DNA of 64,000 nt from the NCBI GenBank assembly GCA_013823625.1, contig PNMM01000002.1, positions 577,061 to 641,060 on the forward strand, given 5' to 3'. Below, in pieces: positions 28,283 through 37,326 of the stretch (the first letter of the stretch is position 1; each line of letters opens with the position of its first letter). The notes below the pieces were generated by a model that was not told the origin of the DNA, made no database searches, and saw nothing but the letters and a program-made list of their open reading frames with translations. Source of the stretch: Microbacterium sp. (GTDB lineage Bacteria; Actinomycetota; Actinomycetes; Actinomycetales; Microbacteriaceae). The translations under genes were made by a program, and so were the position numbers.

Positions 28283-30025
28283 ATGAGCGGCGCCGTCGAA
28301 CACAACGATGTGGTCGTGGTCGGGTCGGGCTTCGGTGGCTCGGTTGCGGCCCTGCGACTCGTCGAGAAGGGTTACTCGGTCACGGTGCTCGAAGCGGGTC
28401 GCCGCTTTGCCGATGACGAGTTCGCCACAACCTCGTGGAGCCTGAAAAAGTTCTTCTGGGCGCCCGCACTCGGGCTGCTCGGCATTCAGCGCATCCACCT
28501 GCTCAATGACGTCATGATTCTCGCCGGGGCAGGCGTGGGCGGCGGCTCGCTCGTCTACGCCAACACCCTCTACCGACCGGCGACCGACGCGTTCTTCACC
28601 GACCGCCAGTGGGCGCACATCACCGACTGGAAGTCGGAGCTCGACGCTTACTACGACCAGGCATCGCGCATGCTCGGGGTCACGCTCAACCCCACGATCA
28701 CTCCCGCCGACGAGATCATGCAAAAGGTCGCGGCCGACATGGGCGTGCCCGAGAGTTTTCACCTCACGCCCGTGGGCGTCTACTTCGGCGAGGGCGCGGG
28801 CGTCGAAGCTCCCGACCCGTACTTTGGCGGTGCTGGCCCCGCCCGCCGCGGGTGCATCGAGTGCGGCGAGTGCATGACCGGGTGCCGACACAACGCCAAG
28901 AACACACTCGTGAAGAACTATTTGCACCTCGCTGAATCAGCGGGGGCCGTGGTGCAACCGCTCACGACCGTGACGCGCGTGGCTCCGCGCGCGGGCGGCG
29001 GCTACACGATCACGACCCGCCGCACCGGAAAGGGTCGCCGCAGCGAGCGAACCATGACGGCTGACCAGGTGGTGTTCGCCGCGGGCGCGTGGGGCACCCA
29101 GCAGTTGCTGCACCGCATGAAGGCCGAAGGGCACTTGCCGGGCATCTCTGAGCGGCTCGGAGAGCTGACCCGCACCAACTCTGAAGCGCTCGGCGGAGCA
29201 TCCACCGCAATCCGACACTCGACAGGGGTCGACTTCACGCGCGGAGTCGCGATCAGTTCGTCGATTCACCCCGACGACCACACGCATGTCGAGCCCTGCC
29301 GCTATGGCCACGGGTCCAACGCGCTCGCGCTGCTGGCAACGATCGCTGTGCCGGGAGGTCGACGCACTCCGCGCTGGCTGCTCTGGATCGGTCAGATGCT
29401 GCGCCACCCCGGCCGTGTCTTCTCGATGATCTTCGGCATTGGCAGCTGGAGCCGCCGCTCGATCGTGGGCCTCGTCATGCAAAACCGCGACAACTCCCTG
29501 ACCGTGCGTGCGGGCCGCGGGCCATTCGGCGGATTCCGGTTGCGCTCAGGCCAGGGTCACGGCGAGCCGAACCCCACCTACATTCCGCAGGCCAATGAGA
29601 CCTACGAGCTCATGGCGAAGCACATGAACGGCTACGCCCAGTCGGGCATCAGCGAAGTGTTCGACGTGCCGATGACGGCGCACTTTCTCGGCGGCTGCGC
29701 CATCGGCGACTCGGCCGACACGGGCGTCGTCGACGCCTATCACCGCCTCTTCGGTCACGAGGGCCTGCACGTCGTCGACGGCGCGGCCATCTCGGCCAAC
29801 CTCGGCGTGAACCCCTCGCTCACGATCACCGCACAAGCCGAGCGGGCCTTCGCGCTCTGGCCGAATCGCGGAGAGACGGATGCTCGCCCCGCACTCGGCA
29901 CCCGCTACCAGCCCGTGCCGCCGGTCACCCCGACGTCACCCGTCGTGCCAGCAGGCGCGATGGGCGAGTTGCGCCTGCCGGTGTCGCTGGGCCTGCCCCG
30001 GGTGCGCGCTGGCGCACCGGACTGA
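28283..30025 (+). CDS. GMC-family FAD oxidoreductase (cholesterol-oxidase/ChoD-like)
   Basis: ATG 28283 lies 2 nt after the ALDH stop. Has DVVVVGSGFGGSVAALRLVEKGYSVTVLEAG and a C-terminal HFLGGCAIG...VVDGAAISANLGVNPSLTITA. Confidence 0.85.
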   Translation: MSGAVEHNDVVVVGSGFGGSVAALRLVEKGYSVTVLEAGRRFADDEFATTSWSLKKFFWAPALGLLGIQRIHLLNDVMILAGAGVGGGSLVYANTLYRPATDAFFTDRQWAHITDWKSELDAYYDQASRMLGVTLNPTITPADEIMQKVAADMGVPESFHLTPVGVYFGEGAGVEAPDPYFGGAGPARRGCIECGECMTGCRHNAKNTLVKNYLHLAESAGAVVQPLTTVTRVAPRAGGGYTITTRRTGKGRRSERTMTADQVVFAAGAWGTQQLLHRMKAEGHLPGISERLGELTRTNSEALGGASTAIRHSTGVDFTRGVAISSSIHPDDHTHVEPCRYGHGSNALALLATIAVPGGRRTPRWLLWIGQMLRHPGRVFSMIFGIGSWSRRSIVGLVMQNRDNSLTVRAGRGPFGGFRLRSGQGHGEPNPTYIPQANETYELMAKHMNGYAQSGISEVFDVPMTAHFLGGCAIGDSADTGVVDAYHRLFGHEGLHVVDGAAISANLGVNPSLTITAQAERAFALWPNRGETDARPALGTRYQPVPPVTPTSPVVPAGAMGELRLPVSLGLPRVRAGAPD

Positions 30026-30030
30026 CGTCG

Positions 30031-32289
30031 CTACCGCGCCTGCGGTCGAAACCCGCGCAACCGCAGTGAGTTCGTCACGACGAACACACTCGAGAACGCC
30101 ATCGCGAGCCCCGCGAGCAGCGGATTGAGCAATCCCATCATCGCGATCGGAATCGCGGCGACGTTGTAGCCGAAGGCCCAGAACAGGTTGCCGATGATCG
30201 TGCGCAGTGTGCGGCGCGCGAGCCGGATCGCGTCGACGACCACGAGTAGGTCGCCGCTCACGACGGTGAGGTCACTCGCTGCCATGGCCGCATCGGTGCC
30301 GCCGCCCATCGCGATGCCGAGGTCGGCCGCGGCGAGCGCCGCAGCGTCGTTCACGCCGTCGCCGACCATCGCGACGACGTGACCATCAGCCTGCAGCTGG
30401 CGAATCACTTCGAGCTTGCCGGCGGGCGTGACGCCCGCGCGTACGTCGTCGATGCCCAGCGCCGCCCCGACTGCTTCGGCCGCGCCCTCGTTGTCGCCCG
30501 TGAGCAACACCGGGTCGAGGCCCAGCGCTCGCAGTCGCTCGATCGCAAGGGCCGACGTCGGCTTGAGCGTGTCGGCGAGCACGATCACTCCGGCTACGGC
30601 ACCGTCGATCGCCACGACGATCGGAGTGGCCCCCGCCGCCTCGTGTTCGGCGATGAGGGTGGCGTCAACCTCGATTGCCCACTCGTTGCGCAGCCAGGCC
30701 GCGCGGCCGATCGCGAGCGCGTGCCCCTCGACGACGGCGGTGACGCCAGCACCCGCGTGGGCGATGAATCCCTCAGCGGTGGGCAGGGTCACGCCAGCCT
30801 GGCGAGCGTGCGCCACGACGGCCCGGGCGAGCGGATGCTCTGACCCGTCTTCGGCCGATGCGGCGAGAGCGAGCATCCGGTCGCCGTCAACGCCCGGCTG
30901 CGCGAGAACCGCGGTGACCGCGAGTTCGCCCGTCGTGACCGTGCCGGTCTTGTCGAGCACGATCGTGTCGATGCGACGCGTGCGCTCGAGCACCTGCGGG
31001 CCACGGATGAGAATGCCCAGTTGGGCCCCGCGCCCCGTGCCGACGAGCAGCGCGGTCGGGGTTGCGAGCCCGAGCGCACACGGGCACGCGATGATGAGCG
31101 TGGCGACGGCTGCCGTGAAGGCGAGTTCGATCGAGCCGTCGATGAGCATCCACCCCAACAAGGTCAGCAGCGCGAGCGCGAAGACGATGGGCACGAAGAC
31201 GCCCGAAACGCGGTCGGCAAGCCGCTGCACTTCGGCTTTGCCCGTCTGCGCTTCTTCGACGAGGCGACCCATGCGCGCGAGTTCGGTGTCGGCACCGATG
31301 CGCGAGGCTTCGACGACGAGTCGACCGCCCACGTTGATGGTGCCACCGACCACCCGGCTGTCGACCTCAACGTCCACCGGCACGGGCTCGCCGGTGAGAA
31401 GAGACTGATCGACGCTCGACGCGCCCTCGATCACAACGCCGTCGGTCGCGATGGTTTCGCCCGGGCGCACAACGAAACGATCGTTGAGCTGTAGTTGCCC
31501 AACAGGCACGCGCACTTCGACGCCATCGCGCAGCACGGCCGCGTCTCGCGCAGCGAGATCGAGCAGCGCGTTGAGCGCCTCGCTCGACGAGCGCTTGGCC
31601 CGCCCCTCGAGGTAGCGCCCGAGCAAGATGAAGACCGTCACAGCCGAGGCCACTTCGAGGTAGATCTCGTGCGCACCTTCTTCGGGCCGACCGAGCAGTT
31701 GCAGCGTCATGGTCATGCCCGGCATGCCCGCTTCGCCAAAGAAGAGCGCGTAGAGGCTCCACAGATAGGCCGCACTCACGCCCACCGAAATGAGCGTGTC
31801 CATGCTGGCGATGAAGCGACGCGCATTGTGCAGCGCCACGCGGTGGAACGGCCACGCCCCCCACACCGCCACGGGCGACGCGAGCGTGAGCACGAGCCAC
31901 TGCCAGTTGGTGAACTGCAGCGCCGGAATCATTGAGAGCACGAGCACGGGTGCCGTGAGCACGGCCGAGATGATTAGCCGCTGCCGCAAGGGCGCGAGCT
32001 CGTCGACCGGTGCGGCCAGCGGGGCGACGGATGCTGCGCGCTCCTCACGCGGAACCACCACACTCGCCCCGTACCCCGCCTTCTCCACGGCCGCGACGAG
32101 CACGTCGGCATCGAGCGCTCCGCTCTCGTCGAGCACTCGGATCGTCGCTTTCTCGGTCGCGTAATTGACGGTGGCCTCAACCCCGGGAACCTTGTTGAGG
32201 CCGCGTTCGATGCGGTTGGCGCACGAGGCGCACGTCATGCCGACGAGGTCGAGTTGCAGGTCATGGGGTCGTGCCGTCGATGTGGTCAC
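30031..32289 (-). CDS. copA: Copper-translocating P1B-type ATPase
   Basis: 752 aa with a GTG start. Has an N-terminal HMA domain [17 protein letters not shown] motif ([12 protein letters not shown]), DKTGT, and [10 protein letters not shown]. Confidence 0.9.
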   Translation of the reverse strand: MTTSTARPHDLQLDLVGMTCASCANRIERGLNKVPGVEATVNYATEKATIRVLDESGALDADVLVAAVEKAGYGASVVVPREERAASVAPLAAPVDELAPLRQRLIISAVLTAPVLVLSMIPALQFTNWQWLVLTLASPVAVWGAWPFHRVALHNARRFIASMDTLISVGVSAAYLWSLYALFFGEAGMPGMTMTLQLLGRPEEGAHEIYLEVASAVTVFILLGRYLEGRAKRSSSEALNALLDLAARDAAVLRDGVEVRVPVGQLQLNDRFVVRPGETIATDGVVIEGASSVDQSLLTGEPVPVDVEVDSRVVGGTINVGGRLVVEASRIGADTELARMGRLVEEAQTGKAEVQRLADRVSGVFVPIVFALALLTLLGWMLIDGSIELAFTAAVATLIIACPCALGLATPTALLVGTGRGAQLGILIRGPQVLERTRRIDTIVLDKTGTVTTGELAVTAVLAQPGVDGDRMLALAASAEDGSEHPLARAVVAHARQAGVTLPTAEGFIAHAGAGVTAVVEGHALAIGRAAWLRNEWAIEVDATLIAEHEAAGATPIVVAIDGAVAGVIVLADTLKPTSALAIERLRALGLDPVLLTGDNEGAAEAVGAALGIDDVRAGVTPAGKLEVIRQLQADGHVVAMVGDGVNDAAALAAADLGIAMGGGTDAAMAASDLTVVSGDLLVVVDAIRLARRTLRTIIGNLFWAFGYNVAAIPIAMMGLLNPLLAGLAMAFSSVFVVTNSLRLRGFRPQAR

Positions 32290-32295
32290 GCGAGC

Positions 32296-32321
32296 AGTGT
32301 AGCAATACCCCTCTGGGGTAT
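32296..32321 (-). promoter_or_regulatory. CsoR-type operator (ATACCCC-N3-GGGGTAT) abutting a -10-like TACACT, placed for a leaderless copA
   Basis: The minus-sense sequence reads ATACCCCAGAGGGGTAT-TGC-TACACT-GCTCGC-GTG(start). A perfect 7-nt inverted repeat lies at 32305-32321. Confidence 0.6.
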
Positions 32322-32399
32322 CCAGTGCCCCGGTGTTCCCGACAGGCGCTCAAGCCCGTAACCTGGTCGTATCCCTTTGCTCAACTCTTGAGGTCTGTC

Positions 32400-33506
32400 A
32401 TGCGCCGCTCGTCTCGAATCCTCTCTGCCGCAGCGCTCACGGGCGTGCTCTCGCTCGTTGCGGCGCCCGCGCTCGCCAACGGTTCTGGTCAGACCGTCGA
32501 CAGCCCTCCGTGGACCTGGTACATCGCTGCGGGCGGTGGCGAGTGGGGGGTGAGTGAGACCTCGTACAACAGCGACCCCATCTCCGTGACTGACGCGTGG
32601 CAGCGTAGCGAGTTCATCGTCTTGGCCCCGACCTTTGTCGAAGACGCGAGCGTCGAGCTGGAGCCCGCGACCGCCGCAACCTTTGCGATTGTCGACTGCG
32701 TGTCGACGACGTTGACTGTCGACGGATCCGACTCTGTCGTGTCGTGCGACAACTCGTTCACGACGTCATGGGGTCTGGAGATCACGTCAGATGTTCGCGT
32801 CCTCGCGCCGGGCGACCTTGCGCGGGCGACCTACTTCGTGACCAATACGACGAGCGAGCCTCTTGTCTTCGGATACAAGTACCGCTGGGAGTACGGCGAC
32901 ACCAACGGCCACGTGCGCAGCAGCCAGCCGACCATTGTGCAAGATTCGGGCGGCGCCAACCTGGGGTTCCTCGACAGCCCGGACGTCTGGTCGTACAACA
33001 TCGGTGACGGCACGGTCACGGCCGGCGTAGCGTGGGGAATCGAGGGCCAGCCATTTGCTGCCGCCGACTCCTCCCACAACGGCTTCACTGAGGCCCAAGC
33101 CGAACTTCTTCCGAGCGCGAGCAGCACCATCGCCGCCGGTGAAACAATCGCCATCGCGTTCTTCCACAAGGTGCAGCAGCCCGACCTCCTAGCGTTTGCG
33201 TCAACCGCCGCTGACGCAACCGACCCGGCAGCGATGCCCGTTCCCCAGCCCGCGGCGAGTTCGCTGATTGAGACGCCCGCACAATTCATGGCCGAGTTTG
33301 CGAGCTTCAGCGGTCGCCTGACCCGCGGCCTGCCCGCCGGCGTCGCCGTTGGCAACTGGCAGCCCGCGGCAGGGCCCGAGCTCGCCGCAACCGGTGCTGG
33401 CATCGACGAGAACCTGCTCATGGGTGGCCTCGCGGCTGCTCTGCTGGGAGCAGGTGCCGCGCTTCTCATCGGGCGTCGTCGTGCAACCGTGAGTGCACAG
33501 CGATAA
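32400..33506 (+). CDS. Secreted LAATG-anchored cell-wall protein of unknown function
   Basis: ORF 32271-33506, trimmed to ATG 32400 (MRRSSRILSAAALTGVLSLVAAPALANG) with a GAGG RBS. The C-terminus is LAATG (33381-33395), a hydrophobic helix, then GRRRATVSAQR. Confidence 0.7.
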   Translation: MRRSSRILSAAALTGVLSLVAAPALANGSGQTVDSPPWTWYIAAGGGEWGVSETSYNSDPISVTDAWQRSEFIVLAPTFVEDASVELEPATAATFAIVDCVSTTLTVDGSDSVVSCDNSFTTSWGLEITSDVRVLAPGDLARATYFVTNTTSEPLVFGYKYRWEYGDTNGHVRSSQPTIVQDSGGANLGFLDSPDVWSYNIGDGTVTAGVAWGIEGQPFAAADSSHNGFTEAQAELLPSASSTIAAGETIAIAFFHKVQQPDLLAFASTAADATDPAAMPVPQPAASSLIETPAQFMAEFASFSGRLTRGLPAGVAVGNWQPAAGPELAATGAGIDENLLMGGLAAALLGAGAALLIGRRRATVSAQR

Positions 33507-33516
33507 GTCACCGACA

Positions 33517-33558
33517 ACGCAGAAGGGGCGGGGCCAATCGGCCTCGCCCCTTCTGCGT
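33517..33558. terminator. Bidirectional GC-rich hairpin between convergent genes
   Basis: ACGCAGAAGGGGCG (33517-33530) pairs perfectly with CGCCCCTTCTGCGT (33545-33558), and GGCC/GGCC pairing extends into the loop. There is no U-tract, which is usual in actinobacteria. Confidence 0.6.
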
Positions 33559-33566
33559 ACCAACAC

Positions 33567-33965
33567 TTAGGCCAGCTGGTAGCCGGCCTCTTCGACCGCC
33601 GCGCGCACGGCATCCGCGTCAACCGGAGCCGCCGAGGTAACAGTGACGCGCGAAGCGCCACCCTTCTTGAGCACGACCTCGACCGCGTCGACACCCGAGA
33701 CCGCGCCAACCTCTTCGCTCACGCTCGAGACGCAGTGGCCGCACGTCATGCCGGTGACGAGGAACTCGGTGGTCAGTGCCGCAGCGGCCAACGAGGCGGC
33801 GGGCTCCGCCGGAGTCACCAGGCCGCGGCTGCCGGCGAGGTCGAGCGCAGGGGTCGCTGCGGCGCCGCTGCTACACATGCACGAGCCCCCGCCACAGCAT
33901 CCGCCCGCATCGGCAGAGCCGATGGGCGATCCGGTCAGCAGGTCAAGGCGATTCGTGGTCTCCAT
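33567..33965 (-). CDS. copZ: CopZ-like heavy-metal-associated (HMA) protein with about 65-aa Cys-rich N-terminal extension
   Basis: The C-terminal HMA domain is FLVTGMTCGHCVSSVSEEV...AVEEAGYQLA. The N-terminal part contains GGCCGGGSCMCSSG. Confidence 0.8.
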   Translation of the reverse strand: METTNRLDLLTGSPIGSADAGGCCGGGSCMCSSGAAATPALDLAGSRGLVTPAEPAASLAAAALTTEFLVTGMTCGHCVSSVSEEVGAVSGVDAVEVVLKKGGASRVTVTSAAPVDADAVRAAVEEAGYQLA

Positions 33966-33971
33966 GCCGCG

Positions 33972-33997
33972 ATGGTAGCAAACCCCCCCCGGGGTAC
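33972..33997 (-). promoter_or_regulatory. Second CsoR-type operator plus -10-like TACCAT, placed for a leaderless copZ
   Basis: The minus-sense sequence reads GTACCCCGGGGGGGGTT-TGC-TACCAT-CGCGGC-ATG(start). It aligns without gaps to the copA module, with identical spacing. Confidence 0.5.
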
Positions 33998-34021
33998 TCC
34001 TGAGTCGAAAGTCCTCGACCG

Positions 34022-35752
34022 TTAGCGTCGGCGCTGGGGCCGACCTCGATCGGGAGCGATCTCAATGAGCTTGCCGCTGATGCGCGTGCCCTGCAGTTTC
34101 TTGAGCACGGTGGGCGAGAGGTCGGCGGGCAGTTCGACGATCGAGAAGTCGGGCTGAATCGTGATGGCGCCGAAGTCTTCGCGGCTGAGTCCACCCTCGT
34201 TCGCGAGTGCGCCCACGATTTGGCGCGGCTCGACCTTGTGCCGACGGCCCACCTCGATGCGGTACGGCGCGAGTGTTCCCGCGGCGGGGCGGGCGCGGCG
34301 CTCGGGGCGAGAGCCGTCGCGGTCGTCACGTCCTCCGCGCGCGGGGCGGTCATCCCGGGCCGCGCGATCGTCAGCGGCAAAGCGCTGCGCGCGCTCTTCT
34401 TCGGCCGAGAGCAGCAAGGGGGTGTCACCCTGCGCGACGAGAGCGAGGGCCGCGGCGACATCGAGCTCGGGCACATCGTGGTGCTCGACGTAGTGGGCGA
34501 CGATGTCACGGAATCCTGCGACGCGATCGGACTGGCTGAGCGCCGCCGTGATGGCGTCATCGAAGCGCGCGAGGCGCGTGCTGTTGACGTCTTCGACGCT
34601 CGGCAGGCGCATCTCGGTGAGCGGCTGGCGCGTGGCCTTTTCGATGGCCGTGAGCAATCGGCGCTCGCGCGGGGTGACGAAGCTGATCGCCGAGCCCGAG
34701 CGGCCCGCCCGGCCCGTGCGACCAATGCGGTGAACGTACGACTCGGTGTCGACCGGGATGTCGAAGTTGACGACGTGGCTGATGCGATCGACGTCGAGTC
34801 CGCGAGCGGCAACATCGGTCGCCACGAGAATGTCGAGCTTGCCCGACTTCAGTTGGTTGACGGTGCGCTCACGTTGCGCTTGGGCCACGTCGCCACTGAT
34901 CGCAGCGGCCGAGTAGCCGCGCGCCCGCAGTTTCTCGGCGAGCGCCTCGGTCTCGTTCTTGGTGCGAACGAACACGATCATGCCCTCGAAGTTTTCGACC
35001 TCGAGAATGCGCGTGAGCGCATCGACCTTTTGTGGGTATCCGACGATGAGGTAGCGCTGCGTCGTGTTGGCCGAGGTCGTCGTGCTCGACTTCACCGTGA
35101 TCTCGTCGGCATCGCTCAGATACTGCTGTGAGATGCGACGGATGGCCGGCGGCATGGTCGCCGAGAACAAGGCGACCTGCTTCTCTTTCGGAGTCTCGGC
35201 GAGAATCGTTTCGACGTCTTCGGCGAAGCCCATCTTGAGCATCTCGTCGGCCTCATCGAGCACGAGGTACTTGAGCTCGCTCAAGTCGAGAGTGCCTTTC
35301 GCAAGGTGGTCCATGATGCGGCCGGGAGTGCCCACCACCACGTGCACGCCGCGGCGCAGTGCCGAGAGCTGCACGCCATAGGCCTGGCCGCCATAGACGG
35401 GCAGCACGTGCACGCCGCGCATGTGGGCGGCGTACTTCTCGAAGGCCTCACACACCTGCAGAGCAAGCTCGCGGGTGGGTGCGAGCACGAGCGCTTGCGG
35501 CTTTTGCTGGTGCACGTCGAGGCGCGACAAGATCGGCAGCGCAAAGGCTGCGGTTTTGCCCGTGCCCGTCTGCGCAAGCCCCACCACATCGCGCCCGGCG
35601 AGTAGCGTCGGAATCGTCGCGGCCTGAATGGCCGACGGAATCTCGTAGCCCACGTCACGCAGCGCCTTGAGCACGGCATCGCTCAGGCCCAAATCGGCGA
35701 AGGTCGTGGAGGTGTCGGCGGCCGCCGAAGTGTCTGCGTCAGCGGTCGTCAT
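34022..35752 (-). CDS. DEAD-box ATP-dependent RNA helicase with DbpA-like C-terminal RNA-binding domain
   Basis: ORF 34022-35785, trimmed to ATG 35752. Has the Q-motif (TFADLGL...PSAIQ), AQTGTGKT, DEAD (VLDEADEM), SAT, and HRIGRTGRAG. Confidence 0.9.
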   Translation of the reverse strand: MTTADADTSAAADTSTTFADLGLSDAVLKALRDVGYEIPSAIQAATIPTLLAGRDVVGLAQTGTGKTAAFALPILSRLDVHQQKPQALVLAPTRELALQVCEAFEKYAAHMRGVHVLPVYGGQAYGVQLSALRRGVHVVVGTPGRIMDHLAKGTLDLSELKYLVLDEADEMLKMGFAEDVETILAETPKEKQVALFSATMPPAIRRISQQYLSDADEITVKSSTTTSANTTQRYLIVGYPQKVDALTRILEVENFEGMIVFVRTKNETEALAEKLRARGYSAAAISGDVAQAQRERTVNQLKSGKLDILVATDVAARGLDVDRISHVVNFDIPVDTESYVHRIGRTGRAGRSGSAISFVTPRERRLLTAIEKATRQPLTEMRLPSVEDVNSTRLARFDDAITAALSQSDRVAGFRDIVAHYVEHHDVPELDVAAALALVAQGDTPLLLSAEEERAQRFAADDRAARDDRPARGGRDDRDGSRPERRARPAAGTLAPYRIEVGRRHKVEPRQIVGALANEGGLSREDFGAITIQPDFSIVELPADLSPTVLKKLQGTRISGKLIEIAPDRGRPQRRR

Positions 35753-35795
35753 GTACTGACGGTACCGCGTTGGCCCCTGCGGCACCTGGTTGCGG

Positions 35796-36335
35796 TTAGC
35801 CGAGCGGGTGGTCGTGCACCGCTGAACTCAGCGTCACCCCATTGAGGTCGAGATACAGCTGCCCCTCGGTCACCGAGACCGTGATGCTGTTGCGGCGCTC
35901 AAGCACGGCGACCGCGGCATCGATGAAGCCCGGGTCGAAACTGTGCAACACGATGCGGTCAGACTCGTGAATCTTCTTGCCGGCCCAGAGGGCGAGCACC
36001 TTGGCGGGGTCGCGGTGCGTGTAGATCGTGGTGCGGTCGGCCTTTTTGCTTCCGTGGTGCAGGCGCTCAGCATCCGGAGCCCCCACCTCGATCCACGCGG
36101 TGAGGTGGCCGGTGCGATCGCGCACGATCACGGCCGGTTCGTCGGTCGACGAGACGCCCTCGCTGAACGCGATGCCCTCCTCGAACTCGAGGCAATAGGC
36201 GAGTACGCGCGTCATCATGTACGCGTCGGTCTCGCTCGGGTGTCGCGCGACGCGAAGGTTCAGGTCGTCATAGATGCCGCGGTCAACATCGGCCAACGAC
36301 CCTGTGAACGTGTAGACCACTGCACCGGCTGCCAT
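35796..36335 (-). CDS. yaeQ: YaeQ-family protein (PD-(D/E)XK-like fold, function unknown)
   Basis: ORF 35796-36362, trimmed to ATG 36335. LRVARHPSETDAYMMTRVLAY matches the E. coli YaeQ ARHPSET core. Confidence 0.75.
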   Translation of the reverse strand: MAAGAVVYTFTGSLADVDRGIYDDLNLRVARHPSETDAYMMTRVLAYCLEFEEGIAFSEGVSSTDEPAVIVRDRTGHLTAWIEVGAPDAERLHHGSKKADRTTIYTHRDPAKVLALWAGKKIHESDRIVLHSFDPGFIDAAVAVLERRNSITVSVTEGQLYLDLNGVTLSSAVHDHPLG

Positions 36336-36391
36336 GAGGCCCGAGCCTACGCGCAGGCGCACCGAAGCGATTCACACCAAGAAGTCATCCC

Positions 36392-36477
36392 TGGTGCGCG
36401 AGGGGGGACTTGAACCCCCACGCCCTTACGGGCACTGGCACCTGAAGCCAGCGCGTCTGCCATTCCGCCACTCGCGC
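36392..36477 (-). tRNA. leuT: tRNA-Leu (anticodon CAG), type II with long variable arm, CCA encoded
   Basis: The reverse complement GCGCGAGTGGCGGAATGGCAGACGCGCTGGCTTCAGGTGCCAGTGCCCGTAAGGGCGTGGGGGTTCAAGTCCCCCCTCGCGCACCA folds as a cloverleaf. Anticodon loop is TTCAGGT and T-loop is GGGGGTTCAAGTCCCCC. Confidence 0.9.
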
Positions 36478-36594
36478 GAACGGGGCAAGCCCCGTCAACT
36501 CAGCGAGATTATCACAGCGGGCCTTTGCCCCCGTGCGGTGTTGGCAAGCCCAGCCGACTACCATCAAAGGGTCACCGGCCGAGGGAGGACGCAC

Positions 36595-37326
36595 GTGGGG
36601 CTTCTCGACAGCTTCGAGCGCGGCCTTGAGCGCGCCGTCGGCGGGGCCTTCGCCAAGACCTTCAAGAGCGGCGTGCAGCCCCTCGAGATCTCTGCGGCCC
36701 TGCGGCGCGAGCTCGACACCAAGGCCGCCGTCGTCTCGCGAGAACGCATTCTCGTTCCTAACGAACTGCGCGTGAGACTCGCCCCCGCCGATTTTGCGCG
36801 CATGGATGCCCTCGGCGAGTCCCTCATCGACGAGCTGACTCAGCTGCTGCAGCAGCACGCCACGGCACAGCGCTACACGTTTCCGGGGGGCATCCACCTC
36901 ACCCTCGTGACCGATGCCGGGCTCGCCGAGGGTGTGCTGCAGGTTGAGTCAGAGACGGTAAAGGGATCCGTCGTCTGGAACCCGGTGCTCGACATCGACG
37001 GCGTGCGTCACCCGATCACTCGCTCGCGCACGGTCATCGGCCGCGGCAGCGACGCCGACATCACGCTCGACGACACGGGCACGAGCCGCAAGCACATCGA
37101 GATTCTGTGGGACGGTTCGCGGGCGCAACTGACCGATTTGGGCAGTACCAACGGCTCGTTGCTCAACGGTGAGCCGATCACGCGCGCGGTGCTCCCTCCC
37201 GATAGCGTGATCGAGATCGGCCGTACCCGCATTCTCTTCCGCGTGCTCGCCCAGCGCGGAGAGGTGGCCGACCCGCGCATGCCCAGCCCGAGAACACCCA
37301 CGCGAGGAGGAGGTGGCGGCCGTTGA
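36595..37326 (+). CDS. fhaA: FHA-domain protein FhaA (DUF3662 N-domain plus C-terminal FHA), short form
   Basis: ORF 36334-37326 runs antisense through the tRNA, so it is trimmed to GTG 36595 (RBS GAGGGAGGA). VGLLDSFERGLERAVGGAFAKTFKSGVQPLEI is the DUF3662 start. The FHA core is VIGRGSDADITLDDTGTSRKH...STNGSLLNG. Confidence 0.85.
   Translation: MGLLDSFERGLERAVGGAFAKTFKSGVQPLEISAALRRELDTKAAVVSRERILVPNELRVRLAPADFARMDALGESLIDELTQLLQQHATAQRYTFPGGIHLTLVTDAGLAEGVLQVESETVKGSVVWNPVLDIDGVRHPITRSRTVIGRGSDADITLDDTGTSRKHIEILWDGSRAQLTDLGSTNGSLLNGEPITRAVLPPDSVIEIGRTRILFRVLAQRGEVADPRMPSPRTPTRGGGGGR

Noticed and set aside
30031-34021. csoR/copY repressor gene within the copper locus
   Set aside because: No ORF of ~90-110 aa with a DUF156-like C-H-C signature is present. 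The only genes are copA, the LAATG protein and copZ.
33943-34815. 290-aa minus-strand ORF overlapping the DEAD-box helicase gene
   Set aside because: It is an alternative frame of a gene with complete helicase motifs. The translation is Ser/Arg/Ala/Pro low complexity.
36482-36497. Perfect palindrome ACGGGGCAAGCCCCGT between tRNA-Leu and fhaA as a regulatory hairpin
   Set aside because: It lies in a divergent promoter region with no upstream transcript to terminate. The stem is short, and a role cannot be argued from sequence alone.
36334-36594. N-terminal 87 codons of the 330-aa ORF containing fhaA
   Set aside because: This part runs antisense through tRNA-Leu (36392-36477). The conserved DUF3662 start VGLLDSFERG begins at GTG 36595 with a strong RBS.
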